The position numbers and the translations under genes are program-made. From contig NC_043006.1 of assembly GCF_006345805.1 (NCBI RefSeq), positions 30,752,001 through 30,816,000 on the forward strand: DNA of 64,000 nucleotides, given 5' to 3'. The stretch comes from Octopus sinensis (lineage: Eukaryota). Numbering within the stretch: the stretch's first letter is position 1; every line of letters begins with the position of its first letter. Below the pieces are notes generated by a model. It saw only the letters and a program-made list of their open reading frames with translations. It did not search any database and was not told the origin of the DNA. Shown here piece after piece: positions 47,120-59,242 of the stretch.

Positions 47120-47376
47120 ATATATAATAATAATAATACTAATAGAGATGAAATACGTCTTGCTTACTTTTCTTCACTTTAGCTCTGACACTCTTTTGTA
47201 TTGTCGCATGTCTGTATGAATGTGTGTGTGTCTGTCTGTGGTGTTTGCATATCCACAGAACTTGCAAGCTATGGAATATGAGAGAATATGTCATGGAATA
47301 TGACAATATGAGAGAGAGTTAAATAGAAGGAAATAGCAGAGTTCAATATCAGAAGTTATTTTGGAAATATATATAT

Positions 47377-47625
47377 CATCATCATCATCATCATCATCAT
47401 CGTTTAACGTCCATTTTCCGCGCTAGCACGGATTGGACGGTTTCGACCGGGGTCTGGGGAGCTCGGGACTGCCCCAGGCTCCAGTCTAGTCTGGCAGTGT
47501 TTCTACAGCTGGATGCCCTTCCTAACGCCAACCACTCCGCGAGTGTAGTGGGTGTTTTTTACGTGCCACCTGCACAGGTGCCAGAGGGGTCTGGCATCGG
47601 CCAAGTTCGGATGGTGCTTTTTATG
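47377..47625 (-). mobile_element. RTE 3' end, antisense
   Basis: (CAT)n followed by family motifs. Confidence 0.82.
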
Positions 47626-47943
47626 TGGGGGGGGTGTAGAAATATATAGGGGAGCACCAGTGGGGAGGGTGGTTCAGAGAAATGATGACAGGTTCTAGGC
47701 AAGTAGAACGTAGGATATCAAGAGAGGGGTAATGCATGGTGAAATAGCATGTTGAAGAGGGGGGTTCGAAGAGTAGACACCTATAATGGTGATATATATA
47801 TATATATATATACGACCTCCAACACACAAGTGCAAACAAGGGAGTCAGAGAAAGGCAGAATGCCACTTAAATCTGAACACTACTATAGAAATATTCCTTC
47901 AAAAAAACTTTTCTTCTAATTTTTCTAAATTTAATTATTTAAT

Positions 47944-47991
47944 CGTTACAGTTGAAAAGGTCTCAAAATGACCGAAACCGGTACTGAAATG
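47944..47991 (+). ncRNA. Minimal type I hammerhead motif, U3-A8 core variant
   Basis: CAG TTGAAAA GGTC tcaaaat GACC GAAA CCGGT A CTG; palindromic stem III ACCGGT; GUA cleavage triplet. Confidence 0.65.
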
Positions 47992-48035
47992 TTCACTATA
48001 AAATTATTTTAGCATTTTCTATTTTTGACTTGTTT

Positions 48036-48039
<4 letters not shown>

Positions 48040-48115
<76 letters not shown>
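48040..48115. repeat. (TA)n microsatellite; similar tracts at 4912, 5085, 5310, 26345, 26805, 27077 and 47793; (CA)n at 7085 and 61075
   Basis: Direct reading. Confidence 0.97.
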
Positions 48116-48118
<3 letters not shown>

Positions 48119-48272
48119 GTATGACAGGCTTCTTTCAGTTTCCGTCTACCAAATCCACTCACAAAGCTTTGGTCAGCCCAAGGCTTATAGTAAAAGACAC
48201 TTGACCAACTGAACAACAAAACCATGTGGCTGGGAAGCAAACTTCTTAACACACAGCCTTGCCTGTGCCTAT
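48119..48272 (-). mobile_element. tRNA-derived SINE (same family)
   Basis: Reverse-complement family body next to (TA)n. Confidence 0.75.
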
Positions 48273-48721
48273 GTTCTAGTTTCAAATCATGCTGAGGTCA
48301 GCTTTACCTTTCATCCTTCTGGGGTCAAAGTGCATTAATCAAGAACTGGGATCAATTTAATTGATTAATCCCTCCTCATCAATTTGTGAGCCTTATGCCT
48401 AAGAAATTATGTGGGTAATGATAGTATCTAAAGGGAAGTAATGGCTTTCATCCTTTTTCCATGGCCTTAGTGGGGGAAGTAAATCCAATTGCAACTGGGA
48501 TTTGATCCTGGAACGGAAAATCAGCTCCTGAAGAATTTACCAAAATATTATGGTAGTTGCTGCTGTGGCAACTGACAATGATTGTTGGGGAAAGGTATAA
48601 TAATTGATTGAACAGACCCAAGTATATTACTGTTACTGGCCTGTCAAGATTTAAATTGTTACCAACATTGTTAACTCTTAAGGGAGATGAATAATAATAA
48701 TCCTTTCTACTAGATGTACAT

Positions 48722-49318
48722 CATCATAATTTTACGTCTGCTTTCCATACCTGGTATGGGTTGGACAGTTTGACTGAAAAGTGGTAAGGCGGGGGGTGGG
48801 GGGTCTGCACCAGGTTCCAGTCTGATTCGGCAAGGTTTCTACGGCTGGATGCTCTTCTTAAAGCCAACCACTCCAAGAACGTAATGGGCACCATTGACCT
48901 GACACTGGCATCGGCCATAACTACGGTCCCACTTAGCTTGACAGGTCAACACAAGCACAGTATATCGCCTAGAGTCTTGGTCACCCGTCAGTGCCTCCAT
49001 GAGGCCCAGTGCTCGAATGGTGCTTTTTACAAGCCACTGGCACAGGTGGCAGTCAGATGGCACTGACATTGGGCCACAACTGTGATTTCACTCAGTTCTA
49101 CAGGTCTTCACAAACACAGCATATCACCCAAGAATTGAAGGGTCCTTTTAACGGGCCAGTTACATGACACTGGTATCAGCCATGACTATGATCCCACTTG
49201 GCTTGATGCGTTTGCCTCCATGAGGCCCAACACATGAACAGTGCTTTTTACATGCTACTGGCATGGGTACCAGTCAGATGGCGCTGGCATCAGCCATGAC
49301 TATGATTTCACTCGGACC
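48722..49318 (-). mobile_element. Older RTE 3' end, antisense
   Basis: Family motifs with internal duplications. Confidence 0.72.
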
Positions 49319-49712
49319 TGAAATTTTGGGGGAGCACATTGTCAATTATATCAACCTCAGTACTTAGCTGGTTCTTATTTTATCAACCCTGAACAGACAA
49401 AAGACACAGTTGACCTGGGTCGAATTTGAACTCAGAATGTAAAGGCAAATGAAATGCCTCTGAGCATTTTGCCCAGCGTGTTAACCAGTCTGCCAGTTTG
49501 CCACCTTATGAACAACAATAATCCTTTTTACTAAAGGCACAAGGCCTGAAATTTTGGCGGAGGGGACTAGTCGAATACATCAACCCCAGTATTTCACTGG
49601 TACTTAATTTATCGATCCTGAAAGGATGAAAAGCAAAGCCGACCTTGGCAGAATTTGAACTCAGAATCTAATGACAGATGAAATGCTGCAAAACATTTTG
49701 CATGGTAATAAA

Positions 49713-49747
<35 letters not shown>

Positions 49748-51379
49748 ACTTCATCAAAATATTTACTAAATATCAGAGAACTACTTCCTCTATTTGACCC
49801 TTAACCTAACCATTGGTTATTTTCTGACCCTCTTCTAATATTAGCATTTTGTAGTCTTTGACTGACCCCTTATCATCCCCTGATACTGTTTCAGCTATCT
49901 CTTCTGTCAACTGATCTTTAAATGATTGAGCAAGGGAATCTCAATGCCTGGCCTGTTAGAAATAGCAGCTAAATCACCATAAAATCCTACCCTACTGTCT
50001 TAGAGAAAAGTAAGGCAAATTGGATAATGTAATCTTTGATAGGCTGTGTCTGAGAATGGAAGAGCGTGATCATGGTTGGGGTGTCTTGGGGTGGGGTTAT
50101 AGGACTCCACAATCAATGCTGACCAGGGACTAAATGACCAACTTCTAAACTCTTTGCTTCTTAACAAATCCGCCCCTTTTGCTAATGTTTCTCATCTTCT
50201 TAAAGTGACCCCTCCCCCTACTTCCTTTCATTTTCTTAAGAAATTCATGTTTTGTAGGTGTTCAGCTTTCTAAAGTATTTCAGATGAAAATCATAACTTT
50301 GTAATTGAATGTCATCATCATCATCATCAATGTCTGGTTTTCTATAGAAACAAAAGTGAAACAGACTATCACTCATTACAGCCTACATAGTGCACACACA
50401 CACACACACACACACAATCAAGAAGTGTTTTTGTTGTGTGTTTTATTGTATCAATGACATGAGAGAAGTATTTCAGTGAAGTGTTGAGGTATCTGAGATG
50501 CTTGTCTCAGCTTCGTCCGCCCATCAGTAAATAAGCACCAAAGAATATGAAGAAGTGGTTAGTGTTGATATTTGATGGACATTTCTGTATTTTGTAGAAC
50601 TCTCAACTCTACCAATGTACATACTTAAAGGAACGGCTGCTCATTTCACACTATGCAATATTCGTCAAAAGTGTTCCACATTCTCTTAACGATCTGATTA
50701 ATTATATGTTGCTAATGTAGGTAACAAAATATATTTTGCTGTTAATTCTTCCTCTAGCCAAGTACAAAACAAATTCCAGTTTTGTTTCATGATCTGCTTG
50801 TCAAAACACTACATCAAACTAAAGCTATCCTGTTCAAGCTGGACAAAACAGATAAAAGGTGCAAAAACCCAAAAATAAGGACAAATTAAAATATTCCAAA
50901 ACATTTTTTTAAAAGACAAAACTTCATGGCATCTTTTGTCTTGTCTGTTCTGAGTGAGTCAGATCTTTTGCTTAGTTTCAAGCCTTTAATTTTGAGCTTT
51001 TGTCAATAATCTGTTGGCAGATGATCGCCATCACAGATATACAAATTGATAATGAGACAGTCTCTACTTGGTTGACCAACCTGCTAAAAATAGTAGCCAA
51101 ATATCCTCAAAGCACACACTGCTGTCTAATTCAGGAAAGACACATTGAATAAAGTAGTCTAATATCCACTTTACCTCCAAAAGAAAGAAAAGAAAAATGG
51201 ACGAGACGACCACAGTGAGGAGGTCTTTGATTATTGGTTTCTTGAACTGGAACTAAACAAAATATTGATCATGAACACAGATTCAGAAGTGGGAACCCAA
51301 CAAATTATTCACAACATTTACAAATGTGTTGTCTGTGCAGCTATTTTAGATCCATTTTTGATGCTTGGATAAAGAAGTC

Positions 51380-51817
51380 TTGGAATGAAATTTATTGTAA
51401 GTTTTGAGAGGTGAAGCAGCCACAAATGTCTTTTTTTTCTATTGGCAGCAAAAATAAGGAAACAACTGTCTATAGAAGCAAATTGTATCAGTAATTCTAA
51501 TATTGATTCATTTTCCTTCGTCTTATTTGGTCGAATGTGAATTCAGTACAGTTGACAATTTGCTGGAGGTCAAGAGAAACCGGCTTGAAATTGGAACATG
51601 TGGCGATCTACGGCTGAAGTTAACAAAATTGTCTCCTCAAGTCAAGGATCTGTGCCGTATGCACCAGGCACAGGGTTCTCACTAAATGAGTCAGTGTCCG
51701 TTGGCCAGGTAATTAAATTAAAAATTGTGTTTCTATATTTGAAAAAAAATGTTGATGGGTACCAGATTTTTTGTTATTAAAAAGTGGCTCGCCAGAAAAA
51801 ATGGTTGGGAAACACTG
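51380..51817 (+). mobile_element. hAT (Charlie/Buster-type) transposon 3' fragment
   Basis: ORF 51503..51685 FPSSYLVECEFS...KRNRLEI...GDLRLKLT...HQAQGSH* is the hAT dimerisation C-terminus; terminal GGTTGGGAAACACTG at 51803..51817. Confidence 0.88.
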
Positions 51818-52244
51818 ATCTCTTTTGTTAGTTGAAATATTGGTTTATTACTTGGATAGCATGTACGGAAGTCTGTACAATCAACTGAATCAATCGGGTA
51901 TAGTACCGGTATTTATCTAATTGACTACTATTTTGCTACACTCATAGCCCTGCGGAAATGTCTTAAAAAAGAAAATGAAGGACATATATATAACAGGTAT
52001 GTACAACATATATTTCTGTACTTTCTTTTTATTCGTATAAATCATTGAAATTGTTGCACAGACACAAATACACAATTATACAGTCTTTCTATATCACCCC
52101 ACTCCATTTTTCGAACTGTAATTCATTCAACGAAAAAAACCCAAAAAATCCAATTCGCCACCCCCTTTTCCGAACCAAAATATGGGATTTGTAGCATATT
52201 AGGGTAAGGAGGTCAAAGTACTTGATTCCACGCAAAAAATCCAA

Positions 52245-52998
52245 ATTTAAAAAAAAAAATTTTCCTTAGTGAAAATTGCGGGGGGGGGGGCGCTAACTCA
52301 ACGACCATGTATGTCAAATATTTTAATCGTGTCCTTTAAACCACTATAAGAAACATAAAATCCGAATTTAAAAAAGAAAATTTTTCCTTAGTGAAAATTG
52401 CGGTGGGGGAGGGTCACTAACTCAACGACCATGTATGTTGAATATTTTAATTGTGTCCTTTAAGAAACATAAAATCCGAATTTAAAAAAAAAATTTTTTC
52501 CTTAGTGAAAATTGCGGGGGGGTTCGCTAACTCAACGACCATGTATGTTGAATATTTTAATCGTGTCCTTTAAACCGCTATAAGAAACATAAAATCCGAA
52601 TTTTAAAAAAAAAATTTTTCCTTAGTGAAAATTGCGGGGGGGGGGGGGCACTAACTCAACGACCATGTATGTCAAATATTTTAATCGTGTCCTTTAAACC
52701 ACTATAAGAAACATAAAATCCGAATTTAAAAAAGAAAATTTTTCCTTAGTGAAAATTGCGGTGGGGGAGGGTCACTAACTCAACGACCATGTATGTTGAA
52801 TATTTTAATTGTGTCCTTTAAGAAACATAAAATCCGAATTTAAAAAAAAAATTTTTTCCTTAGTGAAAATTGCGGGGGGGTTCGCTAACTCAACGACCAT
52901 GTATGTTGAATATTTTAATCGTGTCCTTTAAACCGCTATAAGAAACATAAAATCTGAATTTAAAAAAAAAAATTTTTCCTTAGTGAAAATTGTGGGGG
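52245..52998 (+). repeat. ~120-bp tandem repeat, 6 full units plus a partial, with A-B-C/A-B-C higher-order structure
   Basis: CTTAGTGAAAATTG at 52265, 52387, 52501, 52621, 52745, 52859 and 52979 (spacings 122, 114, 120, 124, 114, 120). Confidence 0.95.
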
Positions 52999-55459
52999 GG
53001 AGAGTAACGCGCATGCGTGAATCGCGCACGTGCAATGCAAGAATATATCGCGCATGCGCCAGTCAGCTCGTAGGATCGTGTATCGACTACCTACGTCTGG
53101 CTAGCGTGCACGCACGCCTGCGCGTGTGCACAAACCGGTACCAGTCTACGATACTAGTACCAATAAAGCCTTTACTTTCTACTTGTTTCGGTCAAAACAG
53201 TTCAAATTGATGCAATATAGTTCGAAACAATGTTCTACATTAAAGACCTCTTTTTTTTTTCCTTCCTCTTTTCCTCAATTCAGTTCTTTCTTTCTTTCTT
53301 TTTCTCTTCAACACAATTCACAATGTTCTTTATAATCTCATTTCTTTTCTTCCTTAACACAATGTTCTTTCTCTTTTTTTTAACACTATTCTTTTTTTAG
53401 TTCAACAATTCTTTTTCCTTCTTTAACACATCAAAACATAAACAAACATACCGTTACGAGCTCCTACTACAAATAGCCAATACCTTCATGCTGTAATCTC
53501 CCTCACCTCTTCAATCATCTGTGTGTCTTTCTCAACGTTGTCGCTGCCTCTCCCATCACCACCTTCACATCAACTGCTGTCCCTTGCCAGCTGACTGTCT
53601 CTTCCGGATCTTTTGCTGTCTCAGGCAGAACTGCCAAACTGCCCTGTTGCTGTCTCACTGTTTCAGGCAGAACTGCCAAACTAACCCCGCGCGTCACATT
53701 TTAAAGGGTGGTTTCTTAAACTTTCCCTGACCGGAAAAGGGTCAGAGGTCTCTTCCAAACCCATTAATCTCTCCAGAAACCGACAGGACAAAGGCTTTAT
53801 CCGTCTGCCTGGCGCCAAACCAGAAAACCAGGCCACAAGCACTCTGTTTCTCAACTGACCTCCATATCAATATATTAAAAGTAGTTTGACTGATTTGAAC
53901 TTTTTAAATTGTATCCATTATACTTATCTAACGCTGCAGGTTCAACTCGAGCACTTCTTTGTGTTTCAAAAGAAAATTATTATAATAACTATGCCTATAT
54001 ATATAGTAATGGGTAGAAATTCTACCTTCTCATCATTCCATACCCATTTAAAACTTGTCTGGTTCCATCCTACCATATGTTCGTGCCATACCAAATTAAG
54101 GTTTCTTCCCCTCGTTCCATTCTGCTGAGTTAAGGTTTCTTCCTGTCATTCTGTTCTACTGACTGAAGGGAGTTTGTTAAAACTTGTCATACTGAGTTAA
54201 GTCTCCTTCCCGTCATGTCGTGCCATGCTGAGTTAACTGGCTGTGTTTTTGCAATGCAAACCAGCTCCTACTTGTTTGGAAATGAACTCACTAGGAAGCA
54301 TTTGACTGAGCATACAAAATGTTCAATAGGTAGTTGACACCTGTAGCTAACAACTACATATTATCCTTCTCTTCCAGATTGTGAAAGCTTACCAGAACGT
54401 TTAATCTATATACAGTTAAATTTTAAAAGACTTCATATTTTTATGGACATATATGGGTTAAGGCTCCTTCCTGTCATGCCATGCCATACTGAATTAAGGC
54501 AGTTTGCTAAAACTTGTCTTTCCCTTCATGCTGTGCTGTTCTGTGTTAAGGCTTCTTCTCGTTGTGCTGTACCATGCCAAGTCAATGCTCCTTCTTGTGC
54601 TGTGCCAAGGTAAAACTTGTCCTTCCTGTATTGTTTTGTTCTGGAGTGGGAGGACATTTATTTGGCTAAAACCTTCAATGCAGTGCCCTAGAATGAAACA
54701 AGCAGCATATTTCTCTAGGAAATATTCAAATGTTACTTATCGATCCCAAAAGGATAAAAGGCAAAATTGACCATGGCAGAATTTTAACATAAAGATGGAC
54801 GAAATACTGAATTCTTGTCATAAAGTCTGCACTAGTCATATCCTTACATGTGCCAACTATGTTTTTATATTGTCCACATAAGTATGGAAAAGTGACGAGA
54901 TGGCTTGGTTGAATGTCAGAATAAGCACCATGTCATTATGCCTATAACAGATAGAATTGCTATCATTGTTTTTTGATGACAGCGACCTGGCAGAATAGTT
55001 AGTATGCTAGACAAAATGCTCAGCAGCGTCTTTTCCGGCTTTACATTCTGAGTTAAAATTACACTATGGTTGACTTTGACTTATTTTGGGTTCAATAAAA
55101 TAAGTACCAGTTGAGCACTGGGGTTACCACTATACTGTTGATATAGTTTTTGCAACGTAGGAAACATTTGTGAAAAACATTTTTCTTTTACAAAGTAAAA
55201 AATGTTGTAAATATTACTCACTGTGCCCCGCCTACCCCTACTGGAAATTGGAAAAACAGACTTTCGAAAATAGCTGTTTGAATTTTCCCATCTTTATCAG
55301 GATTTCCCTCCATTTTTCTTTTCACGCATTGCATAACAATGAAGAGAAACCGTTTTAAAAGAAACAGAATCCATGTTTTTTAACTGTTGGTGTCTCTACC
55401 CACCCCTTCACTCACAAACACAATCATGCGTTTGGAACAGCAACAACCACAAAAATGAT

Positions 55460-55846
55460 TTTTTTTTTCTTTTTTGCAATTTTGTCATGTTATCTTATTC
55501 CACATTCTGAAACATTTGTAACTCTCATTAAAAGAACAAAAAACAACCTTACCCCTTCTTCCCCCCTTCTTCCCCACTTCTTTGTACTTTTCACAATGAA
55601 AGAAAATTCAAATACTGTAGGTGAATGTGTGGAAAATAAAATTGGAATTTGGAAAAATCTGTCTAAAAGCGACATTTTCAGTCATTGTTTAAACTTTTTC
55701 TGCTAATTCATCAAATTCAATTACATGAAATAGATGGGTTTTGAGGTTTAAATTTGGTAATTTTCTAAGATTTCATTTCTTGTATATAAGGGGCCCACCA
55801 AATTTCAAGTGCCCCGGGCCCCACCATGGTTTAAATCCAGTCTTGT
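55460..55846 (+). mobile_element. Degenerate hAT (Tip100-like) 3' fragment
   Basis: SETFVTLIKRTKNNL resembles the hAT ERSFS.LK.IKN.LR motif; GC-rich GGGGCCCACC...GGGCCCCACC...AAATCC end. Confidence 0.4.
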
Positions 55847-56045
55847 TCACCACCGTGTAGTTTATGATGCTTTGCTCTTGTTGCTGCCTCTTTATCTGAA
55901 CCAAATCTCACTTCGATAGTTCCAAATTTACCACTGGAGATGATTTTTAAAATGAGAATATCTGAAATAAACTCAACTGCTCTCACAAACGAGAATATGA
56001 AAAATGAACCCAACAGCTCTCAAAAATTAAGTAAAAAACTGGAAA

Positions 56046-56785
56046 AATAATCCAGAATCCTTGTCCGGTACCTAATCAATCCCAATGGTAGTCATGGAAT
56101 GTGAAGATGGCTGTAGAAAATTTAGTAACAGGAATAAATAGTTTATCCTTATCTAATACAAGCCAAAGTTAACCATTCAAAACAGTTTCAAAGGCAGAGG
56201 TAATAACAATAAGTTCTACTCAGGAATTTTTAAATGAATAGCATGAGACCTTTTGGTTTTCTCTTCGCTTAAATTCTTGCCTTCCTTTAGTATTCCTGTT
56301 GTTTTAGATTGATAGATAGATGTATGTATATATGTAAATATACTGTAAAGTGTTAATATGTATGTATAATATAAATATAATAAAAATATGTTAGTGTTAT
56401 TTAATTTCTGAACGGTTTTGCTGCTGTTTGTTTATGTAGTTTGATTTATTTATCCATCAGTTTCTACTAAGATAGAGGGGCGAGTAAAATTAATAATAGA
56501 GAAATGAAAATAAAACTTTGGAAACAGCCTAAAGGGAGATAATTGGGAAAGGCTTGAAAGTGAACGTAAGATCGTAATCATGTAAAGTAAATATAACAAA
56601 TAATCCAGAATCCTTGTCTGGTACCGGATCGATCCCAAAATCTTATCAGTTCGTGTCAGTCATGAGACCAAACATCCCTGAAAGTTTCATCTGAATCCAT
56701 CCAGCGGTACTTGGGATATCCTGCCTATGGGCAAACAAACACGACTGAAAACAATACCTCCACCTTCACTAAGGTGGAGGTAATA
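56046..56785 (+). mobile_element. Helentron/DINE-1-like non-autonomous element end
   Basis: Perfect 12-bp terminal hairpin TACCTCCACCTT-cact-AAGGTGGAGGTA (56755..56782) after a short CAAA repeat; ~40-bp direct repeat at 56046 and 56599. Confidence 0.55.
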
Positions 56786-59161
56786 ATGGTTTGAAATTTT
56801 GCAAACAAGGGCAGCAAGTCTGGGGGAGGAGATGAGTTGATTACATCGACCTCCAGTGCATAACTAGTAGTTATTTTATCAACCCCCAAAAGGATGAAAG
56901 GCAAAGTCGACCTTGGTGGAATTTGAACTGAGAATGTAAAGATGGATGAAACGTCTCTAAGTATTTTGTCTGGCATGCTAACGATTCTGCCAGCTAATTA
57001 CCTCAATAATAATAAACAATCAATGGACTAAACCATTGATGGACTCTCCCATCAAAGATGATGTATGAGAGTTCAGTTTTTGTTAAAAGACCTGCACAAA
57101 TGAATTACTTATAGCAATCAAATGTATGAGCTGTACATTACTTCCTCCATCATATTGATATTACCTGTACAGGTATACAAGTGTGCCCCATATCAGGTAT
57201 TGGAAATAATTGTAGAACAACAGGAAATAAAGTGTTTTGCTTAAGAACACAACACACTGCTCGGTATGAGAATCGAACCCATGATCTAGCGATTGTGAGT
57301 GCAATACCCAAACCACTAGGCCATGCACCTTCCCTAAACAATTACCACCCTTGTAAATGTTTTTTTTTCTTTCTTTTTCTACATAATTTTATTTGATTTT
57401 GTAAATGAACAATCTGGTGTATTTATTTCCACTGCCAATCAATGTCAACAGTGATAAGTCATTAAAATAGGTGTTGGGAAAGAGACTAGACAAAAAATGG
57501 AAACAAAATGGAAAGAAGAAAAAAAAAATAATAATTCTTTCTTTATTGGCCTCAAGATCCATGCACAAAAAGCAAAGGACAATACAACACAAAGGACAGT
57601 GGGGATGTACAAATAGTGCATGGTAGCTATAATTTGTGCTTGGCAGAGGCTTAGAAATCCTCCGTCGTCTAATTACTAAGCATAATGAGTTACTAAAGTA
57701 TTGCTCCCACCTATTTGATAAGACCTTAAAACTTCCATATAGTTAATTTGCTTTGATTCAACAAATGATTTACTGATTTGTCCACCAGTCACTTTGCAAA
57801 GAAGAGATCTGTGTCTGGATGAGTTACTTAGGTGTTAAACAACCAACCAAAATATCAATAGTTTATCTCTTGCTGTTGATGTTATGCTACATATATACCC
57901 AACACACTAAAACCTCATCATGCTCACACTACTGTTTAATAATTGGTAGCTTGGGTTAATACAGTGCAATTTATAAATGTTTTGCTAGTTTCCAGTGGCA
58001 AGCTCTTATAGAAAACCATGCAATAAACTTACATTTTATTCAATTATAAAACTATTTTTGCTTTGGAAAGTGGGATAAACTCTGATGGCTTCTGGTGATA
58101 TCAAAGAACAATAAATGTAAAAATTCTCAGAGAATTACTTCGAAACAAATATTCTTGTTTTTATGCTTCAGTTGACTTAGATTGAGTGACAAAGATCAGA
58201 GAATGTTAAATGAGCAAAGGTCACCACGAAGTTTCTTAACAACATGAAGAAACAACAGGCTTAGATCATTGGATATCATATGAGAAGAAAACAGCTTTGA
58301 ACATTTGGTGAAGACCAGGGAGCTGAAAGAAAGAAGGAACCAAAGAAGGAAGAAAGAAAGAGAGGAAGAGAGAGAGAGAGAGAGAGAGAAGACACATGAT
58401 GCTCTTACTAACTGGCTGATGTGTGCCGATAAGTTGTGTATGGAGCAGGAAGATTCTTGATGACTGAAGCTTGTTGGAATGACACAAAGAGACAGTGAGA
58501 TTTAGTAGAGAATCTGTAGTTAGACTATTTGCTTCTTACTGAGATATATCTGGTTGATGTTTAGCCTTGAAACAACTCTGATGAAGCAGATCTTTGATCA
58601 AGGAGATTTGGCTGTTATTTTTAACAGATCAAGTGATCATGCAGAGACTCTGTCGCTGGCTCAACAGATTTGTAGCATAAAGAGATTGTGTAATGTTCTC
58701 AAGAATAGGCAAGCTGGCAGAAATTTTAGAATGCCAGGCAAAATGCTTAGTGGTATTTTGTCTGTCTTTACTTTCTGAGTTCAAATTCCACCGAGGTCGA
58801 CTTTGCCTTTTATCCTTTCGTGGTAGATAAATTAAGTGCCAGTTGTGTACTGGGGTCGATCTACTGGTACCCCCTCTCCAAAAATTTTGGGCCTTGTGCC
58901 TAGAGTAGAAAAGAATGTTCTCCAGAATAACTAAAAATGGTTTGAGTGAAAGGAATTGGCTTCAAGAATGAACTTAACTCTGTTGCCAGCTCAATTTGCT
59001 GCAAGTCTGACCCTCAGAATACTGTTTGCTTTTTCCATTTTCAATATTTTTTTCATGTTATAACCTCCTTGAGTATTTCCAGTTGAGTTGACCTTCAAAA
59101 TATTCTAATTTATAATCTGACATAAAGATACCAATTCCTATTTAAATAAAGAATTGTAAAA

Positions 59162-59242
59162 CTATTTATTTTCCATCAGACTAAGTATTTTGATTGTTTC
59201 TTGTTCTGCTAATTTTTGGTAACCATCAATCTCTTCAAGGAT
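59162..59242 (-). CDS. FTCD: FTCD terminal coding exon (ILEEIDGYQKLAEQETIKILSLMENK*)
   Basis: tttttccag acceptor; TAG stop; length close to the vertebrate terminal exon. Confidence 0.88.
   Translation of the reverse strand: MLEEIDGYQKLAEQETIKILSLMENK

Noticed and set aside
51948-51996. Isolated + strand exon-like segment (catag...CAG|gtatgt)
   Set aside because: 49 nt, no recognisable peptide and no partner exons found.
52245-52998. CRISPR-like regular repeats
   Set aside because: The units are contiguous with no unique spacers, there are no cas genes, and the context is eukaryotic.
55831-56013. Minus-strand ORF with an AG acceptor as a candidate FTCD last exon
   Set aside because: The real terminal exon at 59162..59242 fits phase and homology; this region abuts transposon relics.
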